A stretch of 63,535 nucleotides of DNA, filler included, from Folioceros fuciformis (taxonomy: Eukaryota): NCBI GenBank assembly GCA_049999805.1. It is 4 parts of 4 records of this genome, joined end to end, with 100 filler letters (N's around TTAATTAATTAA, not from the genome) between each part and the next. Parts side by side here need not be neighbours in the genome. Positions count along the whole stretch, not along the records: positions 1 to 30,695 come from JBNGIO010004564.1; 3 more parts are not named here. One strand, 5' to 3'. The notes beneath the pieces are model-generated. The model had not been told where the DNA came from, ran no database searches, and saw only the letters and a list, made by a program, of their open reading frames with translations. The translations under genes and the position numbers were made by a program. Below, piece after piece: positions 11,902 to 22,887 of the stretch (the stretch's first letter is position 1; the number at the start of each line of letters is the position of its first letter).

Positions 11902-13065
11902 ATGATTCAGGCCAGAGCTTTCCTGTGCTTCAGTCTAGTTGCAGTCTTGTGGGTTGAAGTTTGCTGGGCTGCCAGGCCTGGTGACGTAGGAAGGAACGAC
12001 ACTGTGGGCCTACCCACAGTCAGCATGGAACCTCACTACGAGGTCTGGCAGGGAGTGGAAGTCATCTGGCAGATCCCTCCTGACGTGCGCAGGATTCTTT
12101 TCATCGCCCATGGCGTGGGATTCTTTCCCAACAATTTCTGGGACCCCTCGCCTGCATGCCCTGTCTGCACAGGTCTACCGGAAGAGCGGGCCATCACGCT
12201 GGCTGCCTTGAGCCGAGGATACGCTGTGATCTCGGTGTCGAGCTTGGGTGAGACGTGGATGGACTGGCCCCTGCGGACGAATCGGGATTTCTACAATGTG
12301 CTCAGGATTCTGTCCACTTGGATCGACCAGTTCGGATTAGAGGGCTTGCCTATCACTGGTCTAGGGATCTCCGACGGTGGAACATTTCTGTCCATTTTGG
12401 CGCTCGAGGTGGACGAATTTAAGTCCATTGTGCTCATGATTTCGTCTGCCAACGACGATGCCATCGATTTTGCTGCTCAGGAAGGAGACTACCCGCCTAC
12501 GCTCTTCATCCAGGTATACACCCCAGCCCTTCTTGGTGTGCTTGGAGCGATTTTGTGCGAGTCTTGTTCTTGATTTCTAACTTTTCTTGAGGTCACCCAG
12601 ATGCCGAAAGACGAGAGCTCCAGGATGAGCATTGCAGAAAACATGCGAAAGATGTCCGAGGCAGGCATCGTTACAGCAGACATAAAGTGCTATCCTTTCC
12701 CTATCCATGATTCCTACTTTACTGAGAGGATCCCAGGGCTGGATCTTGACACATCCATCAGAATATTAGAGGCTTTGAAGGCTCACGACTATCTCGACTC
12801 TATGGGATACATAGTAAGGCCCAATCCTTCTGTTGCGGACTGGGACGTGTATGAGGACTGGGATTGGGTGGAGGTGGTGCAAAAGTTGGGAGTGCTTCCA
12901 GTTGAGGGTAATGGTACTGTCAAGTGGGAACAAGCTGTCAGGGAAGAGCTCAGTCTAGCCTACGCTTTTCACTGCCCAACCAGCCTGAGGAGCACAGAGA
13001 TGTTAGACTGGCTTGATGGAACAACCTGGCCAAAGAAGCCCTACTCACTCGCTACGGCCATCTAG
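11902..13065 (+). CDS. Secreted alpha/beta-hydrolase-fold protein (uncharacterised plant family), 2 exons
   Basis: Exons 11902-12513 and 12601-13065 (phase 0, CAG|gt...cag|ATG). Signal peptide, LFIAHG, CPVCTGLPEE, nucleophile elbow GISDG, YPPTLFIQMPKD and C-terminal His in AYAFH. Confidence 0.8.
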
Positions 13066-13346
13066 CTCTGCCTCACAAAACTGATCCACAGGCTTTTTCT
13101 ACCAGAGCAAGTTTCGAATGCCTTGCTAGATCCTCCATGTCAGCACCCTTCAAAGAGAAAGCAAATTACAAGCTTGAATTTCCTTGCCCGGAGCAAGCTG
13201 CCCTCTGCGAAAGGACAGAAGGACAACAACGCCTCTTGAGACAAACTGACTCCAAGGGGTGAATCTGTGATTAGTACCCTGTACCTTACACTTGTTAGCT
13301 GCAAACATGTTTCGAGAAGGATGGAGGATGATTGGCGTGTAAGATC

Positions 13347-16300
13347 TTAGAAAACTAGATCATTGAAGTGTAGCTTTTCTTCTGGTTCCCTGTCTGAATC
13401 AGAGTCGGTCAGGAAATCACCTGGTTTCTGGACGGGTTGAGAAGTAAATGATTTCTTACGATTTGGTTTGTGCGGTTCTTCGTAGCTCTGCAGGGTTGCT
13501 GCTTGGCTTGTTGAGGTCACGGCAGCCATTTCTACCTCACTGTCGCCGTTGGGGATGGTTATCGAAGGTCTGCCACGCACCTGTGTCGTAGCCGGGATCT
13601 TCTGAAAGATCTGCGCCATTTCTCGACTTGCCCTTCTTCTCTCTACATCCGTTCTCATTTCCTCGTCTCTCTCATCCTCCAGCTGCTTCCAGCTTAAACG
13701 TCGTTGGACTTCGTTTTCCAAGGTCTGCTTCCTCCTGCTCGCCGCAGCCCTCACCTCCTCATCCCTCTCGGTTTGCGCGTGCTCCCAAGTGTTCACTGGC
13801 CGCCGTATCACCTGCTCTTCCTTCTGTTGAGCTTGTGTATTCCCCTTGTGTCGTTGCAACTCCAGCTCCTTTCTGGCGCGCTCATCTCTCTGTCGTTCTT
13901 GTCTGAGTTTCTCTTCACGCTGCTCCCTCGCAGTGTCCTCATCCCGCCGTCTCTGTTCACTCTCTCTTCTCAGCCTTTGGGCCTCAGAGTCTCTCCTTGT
14001 TTCTTCTTCGTCTTTTCGTTTCTGTTCCTCAACTACAATGCTATGCAGCACTCAAGTAAGAACACATGTAGAAGTACAAAACTGAGTGGGAACTTGGACA
14101 GTCGTATTACCTGCTCTTTTCTTTTCCATCCCGGAGGCTTTGAGTCTCTGAGCAGCAGCAGTTGTGGCTTTGGTGATAGCACCAGCGATGGTCTCAGTAG
14201 CTTCGGAGATTACCGGCTTCATCTCCATGGCAGAAGGTGGAGGCGTCTTGGAAAGTGAAGGTGGCCTAGGTGTTATGGGGATGACGTCGTAGTCACTTTG
14301 TTGTCCTAGATATGACTGTCGCCATCGTGGCCTACTCTGGACATATTGCTCCGTATGGTCTTCATGCTGATCCTCTTGTCGCTCTTCTTGATGAACATCT
14401 GTGAAGTAAACTTTGGTTGCTCAGAATTTCTGGGCCATTAGCCTGCTATTGAACACGCAGACCAACTCAAAAAGATCAGCACTGTGTCTCACCCATGCCT
14501 GGGGGCGGCGGCATATGGCCTGAGGGCCCAACAAGTCCAGCAGGAAGACCTGGCTGCAGCTGAACTATGGCTGTCTGGTGTTTGATCAGCAAGTATGTAC
14601 AGGTCCCCAACGCTCCCAAAAGAATTACAACCATGCTAGTGGTGAGACCACTTTCAGGTGGTTTGAACTGCCGATTGAACTGCACCATTATAGACATATT
14701 GGGAACACGCAGACAACCACCTGAAACGGAAGGTTGCCAACCCGTGAGGCATTCCGCGCAGTCTTGACCAGCATACCCTACAGAACAGCTCTCATATGTC
14801 AGGGTCAGTTCATCGGGAGTACGTGGTAGACAGATTCGTGTTGACGACTGGAAGCTGTGGCTTACCAAGGAAGCAGTCACACTGTCCAGTGGTATCCATG
14901 CAAATGCCTTGCCCTGAACACGTTACATTAGCTCCGGATCCAGGCCGAGTGGCGCAAGGGGTAGATACGTAAGGGCAATCTTGCAGGCAACAAGACGGAC
15001 TGACTTCTGTATCTGCACTTCGTCCGGTTACAGTACACCTTTCTCCAATTTCACACAATCCATTGCCGCAGACTCCAATTCTTGTCACGTTTGTAACAGA
15101 CAAAATCTCTGCTCCCGGAAGAATCTGATTGGCAGCACATTTGCTATCAAGAGAATTCCAGAGACGATTATCTTTGGCGGGGGAGGGGAGGGGGCGGTGA
15201 GGTTGAAGAGAGTGCAGATATGAAACGATGAGATGTAGGCACCTGATCTTCTTCATCTGATCCCGTACTCGATATCGCTACAAGATGTGGCACAATATCT
15301 GCTTTCCTGATAAGGGGTCTGGAGCTCGCATTCCGCTGTGCCCACAGTGCATCATCAAGATGAATGTTAGGAGATCTTCAGTTCAGGTACTGCGAGCTGT
15401 GGAAGGTGGAGGTGACAAATAAGCCAACCTCAGGATCATCCTCTATCTAGGCCTGATCGCAAGTCTGAGCCACAACAGAAGTGCAATGATAAAATAAAGA
15501 GTCCTGCCCAAAAGATCATACAGCAATAGGAAGAATGCTGAGGACGAAAGTCGCGATCCCCGTGAAGATTCCAGCTTGGCCACAATTGATAGGATCGACG
15601 GTGCAGTCGGCATTGAGGTTCTGCACTTGCATGTTACTAACAGTGACCGCACTCATTATAAGATTTAGATCAGAGCCAACCTGCAAAACAATAGCGCCAC
15701 GTGAAGTAATGTCCTGTCTTGTTGCTTTGAATCTACAACAATGAGTTCGTCAACAGCGAGTCTTACACTGTTCATCATCTTAGAGGTGAATCCTTGCCAG
15801 CTCTTGAAATCCATCGTCAACGTGGTTGTGAATCCCAATGTAAGTGTGAATATCGCTCCGCAGCTCAAACCGTCTCCATCACAAACATAGCACTCATCAA
15901 GCTGTCCACTATTGCAGCAGACGCCTTTTTCATCTCTGACCGTACTGCAGCATTGCAGCAAAGAATCCACAAATCTGCAAGCACGAGGGTCATGTGATCA
16001 AGAAATCGCATAACATTCTTGCACTCAAGGGAATAGACCATGTCGGTGCACACTTGGCTTTCCAAGAAATGGGACTTACATGCCTGTGCCATCGCAGATG
16101 CCACATGCATCACGAAACCCACTTTCGCAGCATTTCCCATTCTGTGGCACGGATGCGTAGGACGTCAGAATGCTAGAAGCAAAGTATAGGACTCCCCATT
16201 GAAAAGCAAACTGGGTTTTTGAGTGTTACCTTGTCCAATACTGCAGATGCACCTTGACAGCAGCTGAAAGCGGCATCTATTGTTGCACAGCAGTTCACGC

Positions 16301-18118
16301 GTCCAGATGATGTGAAGCCCATCACTCCCAAATACAGCTCACAGAAATCAGACTTTTCACAGTACCTTCCCTTCCATTCATCAGTACACAGACACCGATT
16401 CCCATCCTGACTGACAAGAAGAAGTCACATGGTCAACAACTATTATACGGCTGCTAGCAAACTTTGAGAGAAAGGAATAAGTTTCCGGCAGGCTTACCGG
16501 ACAATAACCATTTCCAGAGCAGTTGTTGTACGCACAGTTACTGCAGTTTAAAAGGGCAGCAAGACATGGGCTGGTGGTCGCGGGTCGGACAGCAGCAGGG
16601 CAGTTCACATCTGGTGCCACTTTGCCCTTGTCGTCTACGCACTGAAATACTGGCGTCAGTGGTTCTAGTAAATGCTCATGATAGATCCCCATTACACAAC
16701 TTGTGGAATGTAGCTTTGTGTCAAACTAGGGCCGGTTGCATTCTGATTTGTTAAAGACGAAGACTGCATACCTGTACTAATCTCGAGGTATTGGAGCCGC
16801 AAGCAGAGGAGCAGTTTGTCCAAGCGCCTGCTAGCCATGTGTATGGATGGCAAGGCTGCCAAACACAACAGGACCAAATTCGGTCTCCATTCTTGCATAG
16901 GGACGGCGCTAGCAGATGAGAGACGAGATGCCAACTAGGAGAGCTTTGACGAGCACCTGGGAGTTGCAAATTCGTTGAGAAGGTATTCGATCGCGAGGGA
17001 AGCACGAGTTTTCGCTCGCCGCAGATCCATCCACAAGACAATGCACTTGCCTTGTCATAACTCCACCATCACAAAGCTTGCTGCAATGGCTCCAGTCAGA
17101 TCCATGCCATTTGGGTTTGGAGCAATGATCCATGTTGCAGTACTGAAATTCCGAAACAGTGTCTTCGCCACCGCAGTAGGCTGGATCAGCCGTGTTGCCA
17201 AGGCTGTCTATGCACACAACCTCCCTGTTGAACAACACCCATACATTTGTCATGCTCTTGCATCCATTGGACAGCTCGGGGTTGCGAATACCTAGTTAAT
17301 ACTGTATATACAGCTTTCCCACCGGGACTGAGAGCCGACGTCGCAAGGCTGAGTGCATTCTCCCCACTGGCCTTCATACCACTGATGTTCTGGACAGGGA
17401 ACTCGGTTGCAGGGCTGCATTGGAAAGAGTTTTGTGTCACATTGGCTCTGCTCAGGAGGACTTTCGATTCATGAGAAAGTTAGTGATCGAGCCCAATTGC
17501 CACCTGATTCAGTTGAATGAGAGGCAAAAGTGCGCAGTTGGAGGCGTCCACCTTCAGAAAGCTGGTTGAGTAGCAGTCAATTATCGCACTCTGGCCAACG
17601 TTCCTGGGAGCATTAGCACATGCCAAAAGGTGGGGCTACGAGATTGAACAAACAAGGTGAGCAGAGACGTCTTACCTGAGTTCCATTGCTCCCACATTTC
17701 TGACTGCACGGACCCCAAGCCGAGGGAGCCCAGAAGGGGCCCCAGGGTCTGCTAAACTTGCCGATGGGCGGCACTGGTGCACTGCAAGGTAGTGCCTCCC
17801 ATAGACTACAGAAAATGCCACTGGAGTTGGTTGCGTTGAGCACGCCGGGCCTGGTGCTGGCGGCGATGCCAAGGTCGAAGCTCTCGGAACCCGCAGCTGG
17901 GCCTGATTAGTGGATGCACGGCAGGCCGTTGCTTTGCCAAGTTAGCACAAGTTCAGGACATGTGCCTGAGGCGTGGTGGAAACCCTAGCTGCTGCATGCA
18001 CCTACCAACCTCGCAGGAACTGGACGGAGGCCACAGCCACACCACAGGTGGTCAGATGGAATCCATGGAGGAATGAGTGGAGCAGAATCCAGATCTGCAG
18101 CAGGACAACGCTGCGCAT
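13347..18118 (-). CDS. Type I membrane protein with 4 thrombospondin type-1 (ADAMTS-like) repeats, EGF/laminin-EGF and Cys-rich modules, and a long charged cytoplasmic tail; ~17 exons, roughly 1050-1100 aa
   Basis: Manual splicing. Exon 1 (18118-18010) encodes signal peptide MRSVVLLQIWILLHSFLHGFHLTTCG; exons 17902-17676 and 17590-17504 follow, and so on. TSR motifs: WAPSAWGPCSQKCG, WYEGQWGECTQPCDVGSQSREVVC, WHGSDWSHCSKLCDGGVMTRQVHC, WLAGAWTNCSSACGSNTSRLVQC. EGF: CSGNGYCPDGNRCLCTDEWKGRYC. Also DECYVCDGDGLSC, CGNGLCEIGERC and CSGQGICMDTTGQCDCFLGYAGQDCAECLTGW. TM MVVILLGALGTCTYLLI at ~14634-14584; stop TAA at 13349-13347. Exons near 15240-15450 are the least certain. Confidence 0.85.
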
Positions 18119-18681
18119 GCTGATGGTAGGCACGCCCGTCAGGACCTCTCAAGGGACCGTGGGAAGCCAACACTTGGAAAGCGCCATCGGGCCTGCAGGC
18201 ATTTATACGGCACGGCATCCCGAGCGAGCACAGTGAAGGTATGAACCAGGCTGGAGGCTAGACTAGCTTGATGACAGGTAAGGTCGTTACGCCCTATGGT
18301 AGCGTCCCATTTCACATGACGCGTCCCGACTCCGCACGTGTGAGTCCTGTAGCACGACCATTTCCCGCCACTACGCTTAACGGTCGGTGAAACGCTCGAA
18401 ACGCTCCCGGCCTGGCTTGCTTCTTCCCCGTGCTCCGCCGGCCATGTCTTGGTCTTGTTGGAAGGAAGTTGAGATCCTGTCCTTGCACCGCAATCAAAAA
18501 TCCTTCAAACCTGTCCATCTGCAAGTCTATGGTTGCGAGCACCATCCCACCATGCTTGAAATCTACCAAGACTCTTCCATCCAGTCGAACTGCACCTAGG
18601 AGCCCGTAGCTGGAGTCTGTCAGAGAAGCAGCCATGGACTAGAGCTTTGAAGTGGCTCCGGGCGAGAGCACACTCCGCGGC

Positions 18682-20485
18682 ATGGGTAGCGTGCCGAAGA
18701 ATGTGAAGGGAAGCGTAGAATATGTGTGCGGGCTGCTAGCTTCGCTGGGAATCGCGGGCCTGACTCCCGAGATTATGCGGCAGGCCAAATTCAACTCCAG
18801 CGCGGTGGCGGAGTCCCTTCTGCGGTCCATGCACGATCTTGTCATCCTCCAGCTCTCGCAGTTCCCATCCAAGGTACCAGTGCCGGTGTCTCCCAGTGTT
18901 GCCCCAGCTCCGGCTTCAGGCGCTGGGAGGAAGAAGGCGGGCTCCAGGAGCAGAGGCCCGGGGCCTGGGAGCGGATTCTGGGTAGGAGACGCCAGTACCG
19001 GATTCGTCAGAGAGACGGAGGTGAAGGCAGCAAGAGCGGTACTGGACGAGCTATGGCGGACAGTGGGGAGCCAGGACGGGCCTCCAGAGGAAGCCTTGGC
19101 GTTTGTGAAGTTCTACCTGGCGGTCTGGGGCTTCCCCCCGCATTCCCCCATCTTCACTCTCTCCTTTCCTGTGCAGGAGAGCAGGCACCTGCTGTTGGCA
19201 CTGGGATGGCTCGTGTCGCATTGCCGGGTGCTGGAGCGGGGGTTCCAGGTCCGGATCGAGCCTCTCCTGGCGGCGAGAGCGCAGGTGCCGCTCCCTTCCT
19301 ACCCCCCGGACGTGGGCTTCATGCCCGAGGCCAGGGCAAAGGGCGAGGAGGCCAAGGCCAGGGCGGAGGAGCATGTTGCCCGGGTGCTGGCGTCCTTGAA
19401 CGGGGTCAAAGACGTCTGCAAAAGAGCAGATGCCCGGGCGCATCAGGCGCTCATGCTCTACGGCAAGGTGCAGGCCACGTTCAAGTCCCTCTACTCCCTG
19501 AGGTGCTGCAAAGCGCGGCGGATGCATGAACTGAACCTGGCGCAGCTCGAGGCCGGGATCGAAAACGCGGACATGAAGCTCTTCTCGCAGTACGAGCTTT
19601 ACCTGCTGCAGAGCAAGGAGGCGCTAGAGCTGCACATTGGGGCGCTGGAGGCGGAGAAGAAGATCTCGGAGGAGGTGCAGGAGTACGAGAGGCATGAAGA
19701 GTTATTTTGGGAGTGGATGGAGAGCGTGGGTCTCGAGGCTCGGAAGGAAGAGGCATTGCAGGAACAGGGTCTTGCAGATGGGAATGGGTCAGAGGCGGAA
19801 CTTGATGTTCGGGGAGTGGGTCCGCAGGAGATGGAGCTGCTCATCCAGTTTCTGCAGCAAGAGATATGTGTGCAAGCTGGTGAGGGCCGTACTCAGAGTG
19901 TGAGTGTTCCTGAGGGCATACACTTACTGCCTCCTGACATAGCACAGAGGTTGGAGATTAGCGAACCTAGTCCTAAAGACGCGCCTGACGAGCTCGCGTT
20001 TGGGGGCGACCATGAGTTTTCCAGGGTTGCATCCCTGGGGCTTGCGGAGATGCCATCGTACGTCTACAATCCCGCAAGATTGCGAGGCAGATCGGTTTCA
20101 AAAGATCTTGGCCAGTACACTGCAGCTTCGCACAAAATCGAAGAGTAAAGTCGCCCACCGAATCCAAAAGCTTCCTGTGCGTTCCCTTGAAGGTCAGAGA
20201 CCCTGTTCTGGTCCGCTGACCGCGCGGTTGTTGCAGGCTGACAAACCTTGCTGTAACCCTGGCGAGAGTACTAGCAAGAGTGCGGACCAGAAACAGGTTA
20301 GCTATAAAAGTCCTTGCTGATCTTCTCATGTTCGAGTCATTATTGGTACCCCGCGTGTTATGTGTTTCTGAAACTTGGAGGTGGTGGCCACCCCATCTGG
20401 ATCACTGTGGATCCACAGGGCCGTGATTCAAGGCATGCTACAACCACTGATGGAAGACGATAATTTTCTCATAGTTGGTCTCTAA
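18682..20485 (+). CDS. TEDC1: Tubulin epsilon and delta complex protein 1 (C14orf80/DUF4509 family), 3 exons
   Basis: LTPEIMRQAKFN, FVKFYLAVWGFP and SRHLLLALGWLV match recalled TEDC1 motifs (PEIFRRAKFD, SRELLLALSWLL). FWEWMESV lies in the coiled-coil region. Exons 18682-20144, 20237-20296 and 20419-20485 keep frame. Confidence 0.78.
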
Positions 20486-20743
20486 GAGACTTGGAATAGG
20501 AAGAACAAACTGCCTTATGCTTTAAACAATTTGCTCTACTCATCACGTCCGCCTGAACCTCAACGCTCACCTTGGAAGTTTGCTGAGGAGAAACCTACAG
20601 AATTGGAAGTTTACTGCGGAGCAACCTAGAGCATTTGGAAGTTTACTGAGGAGAACCCTGGAGATGTTCGAAGTTGGCTGGGAAGAAACACCCGTGTGCA
20701 TACCAGCCTCAGCAAACATGCAAGCTGATGTGAGCGAAGAAAA

Positions 20744-22255
20744 CTATTGGATAACTGAAGGTTGATTGGTGTTTTTATGGCCACGTGTGTGAGAGGAAAC
20801 CGAGGATTTACTTGGAGGCTGAGTTGTTAGCAGCCCGTACATGCGCACAGAGAAGAGATCCCTTGGAAAACCTTTCTGCATCTGCATGGACATGATGGAC
20901 GGGTAAGAATTTCTACCAATGAGACTTTCCCTTCGTGCTGTTATCAAGGAAATGATAGTACCTTGGTCTTGTGCAGAAAGAGACCACATTGCTGAAAGAG
21001 ACCACGGAAATACGCATCCGACCTCGTCACACTACTATCCTCCTTGTCCACCACAAATCCTTCACATGGACAACACATCCGTCGCCACACGAACGATCTT
21101 CGAACCAGCACATAAACCAGATGCAATAGTTGAAACACGTACCGTGTTTCGCTGTGTTCTCTTTCAAGACAAAAAAACCGTCAGATTTGAGGCCAATCTG
21201 AATCCAGCAACCAAGGAGAGTCAGTAATGATGCAAGCTAACTATGGATGGTAGGATGTGGTGACTGAACAAGGTTGAGAAAAACCTTGCCTTTGCTCGCT
21301 GGAAGAAAGACACGAAGTCTTGGTCTGTAAGATGTCCAATGCACCACTGAACCCAAATCACATCATATCGACCGGCCTGTGGTGTGAAATTCTGAGGAAA
21401 AACACCGTGGACGAGCAAGAAAGTTTCAGCACTGAAAGGCAGGCACCAATCAGGAATCACGAAGTACAAGAAGACACCCAATGAACACCAGACTACGCAC
21501 TTGAAGAGATTCGCAAAAGAAATTGACGGCACGCCGCCCAGAATTGGCAGAAATGGCCTGGTCACTATTCAAGTCCTTGATGGCAGCATCCAGGAAATGA
21601 CGTACTGGTTCCACAAGGTCTACCTGAACAACTGGCATCAGCTCAAGTTACAATCCAGCAGTAGAAAATTGTCAAACACTGATGATGAGAAAGACAATTC
21701 CTCCTACCTCTTTAAAGTGGCGCAGTAGCAAGTCGCGAGTGACTCTACCAACACCAGCCCCGCAATCTAGACAACAAGGGAGACCTTAACAATAAACACC
21801 AAGACCACAATTTTATCACAGGCAACACAAACGGACAAGAAATGTGAAGCTCACCCAGAGCCACCAAGTCCTGCTGTCGGGCTGCACAAGATGGCACGCA
21901 TTCCCGGAGCATCTCCAAAAGGAAAGCCTTGCTGTCACGCACATCTCGGTCACTGACATTGCCGTAGCCACCTAGAACTCCATCTACCGTCGCGTCTACT
22001 CCCTGTTTCCCGATGACAACGCCAACCTTCATATCATCCACCTTTGCAGACTCAAAGCACGTCGGTGAAGCCAATACGAAGAGGGGCCCATACCTCCCAA
22101 TAGGACACACCCTTGCTGTACCATAGTTGCTTCTTCTGTGCATCCACTGGGATGCCGGTAGCAACATCCTCTCCCGCCTCCTCCACCCACATCTCTTGGC
22201 GGCTGGAGTACATGCGCCCTGTGCTATCAAGACCAGCGTCCTCCCCCTCTGCCAT
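20744..22255 (-). CDS. NTMT1: Alpha N-terminal protein methyltransferase 1, 8 exons
   Basis: WYSKGVSYWE, TVDGVLGGYG, ALDCGAGVGRVT, VDLVEPV, YDVIWVQWCIGHLTD, FFVLKEN, DKEDSSVTRS and GFPRDLFSVRMY joined over short introns, one of them GC-AG. Confidence 0.95.
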
Positions 22256-22887
22256 CGACCTGAAGACCAGGAACCGAACGGGCTTCTTGCCAAGCTGCAA
22301 GCCAACAGAGATGGCAGAATTCGAAAATGGCAGGCCCTCACTTCGTCGGCCGAGTATGTACGTACAAGGACAAGCTGCGCTCCATGCTGCAGCCATCCTC
22401 AGGCCCCCGCCATCGCTGCTGCTCGCACGAGAAGCAGTCTCTAGGGTTATCCGGTGCCCGTAACCGGACTTACCATAATTTCCGGGGAAAGCTAGGATAG
22501 AAATGCAGTGTCTGGTTTTCGTAACGAGGCTCTCGCAACGATAGGAATAGTCTTTATACACGACGAAGGGTATATATAATACAGGAAGACAACAATTTTC
22601 TCCTGCTCGATTTGAAGCTCGTCAATGTTAAGCCAAGCTCACTGGTCGGCGGCCGGTGGAAACGTGGACGGGAATTCTGCTGGGTGACCGCGCTCTCCGT
22701 TCAGCTGGAGGTGGAATGTTGCGGGGGAAATCCGGCAAATTTCATGGTCTTGATGCAGGCTTGCGCTGTGACTTGGGCTCACAGACACAGTAGACTGGAG
22801 CAGCATCTCTAACCTCAAGGATTTTTTTTATTTGGAGACGACCCACATCGCATGTCGTGATGCAACAGTCGGCGTGGGAGGAGGGCA

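Noticed and set aside
13347-18118. TSP1 gene as animal contamination
   Set aside because: It is contiguous, with no gap, with clearly plant genes and has the same short-intron style.
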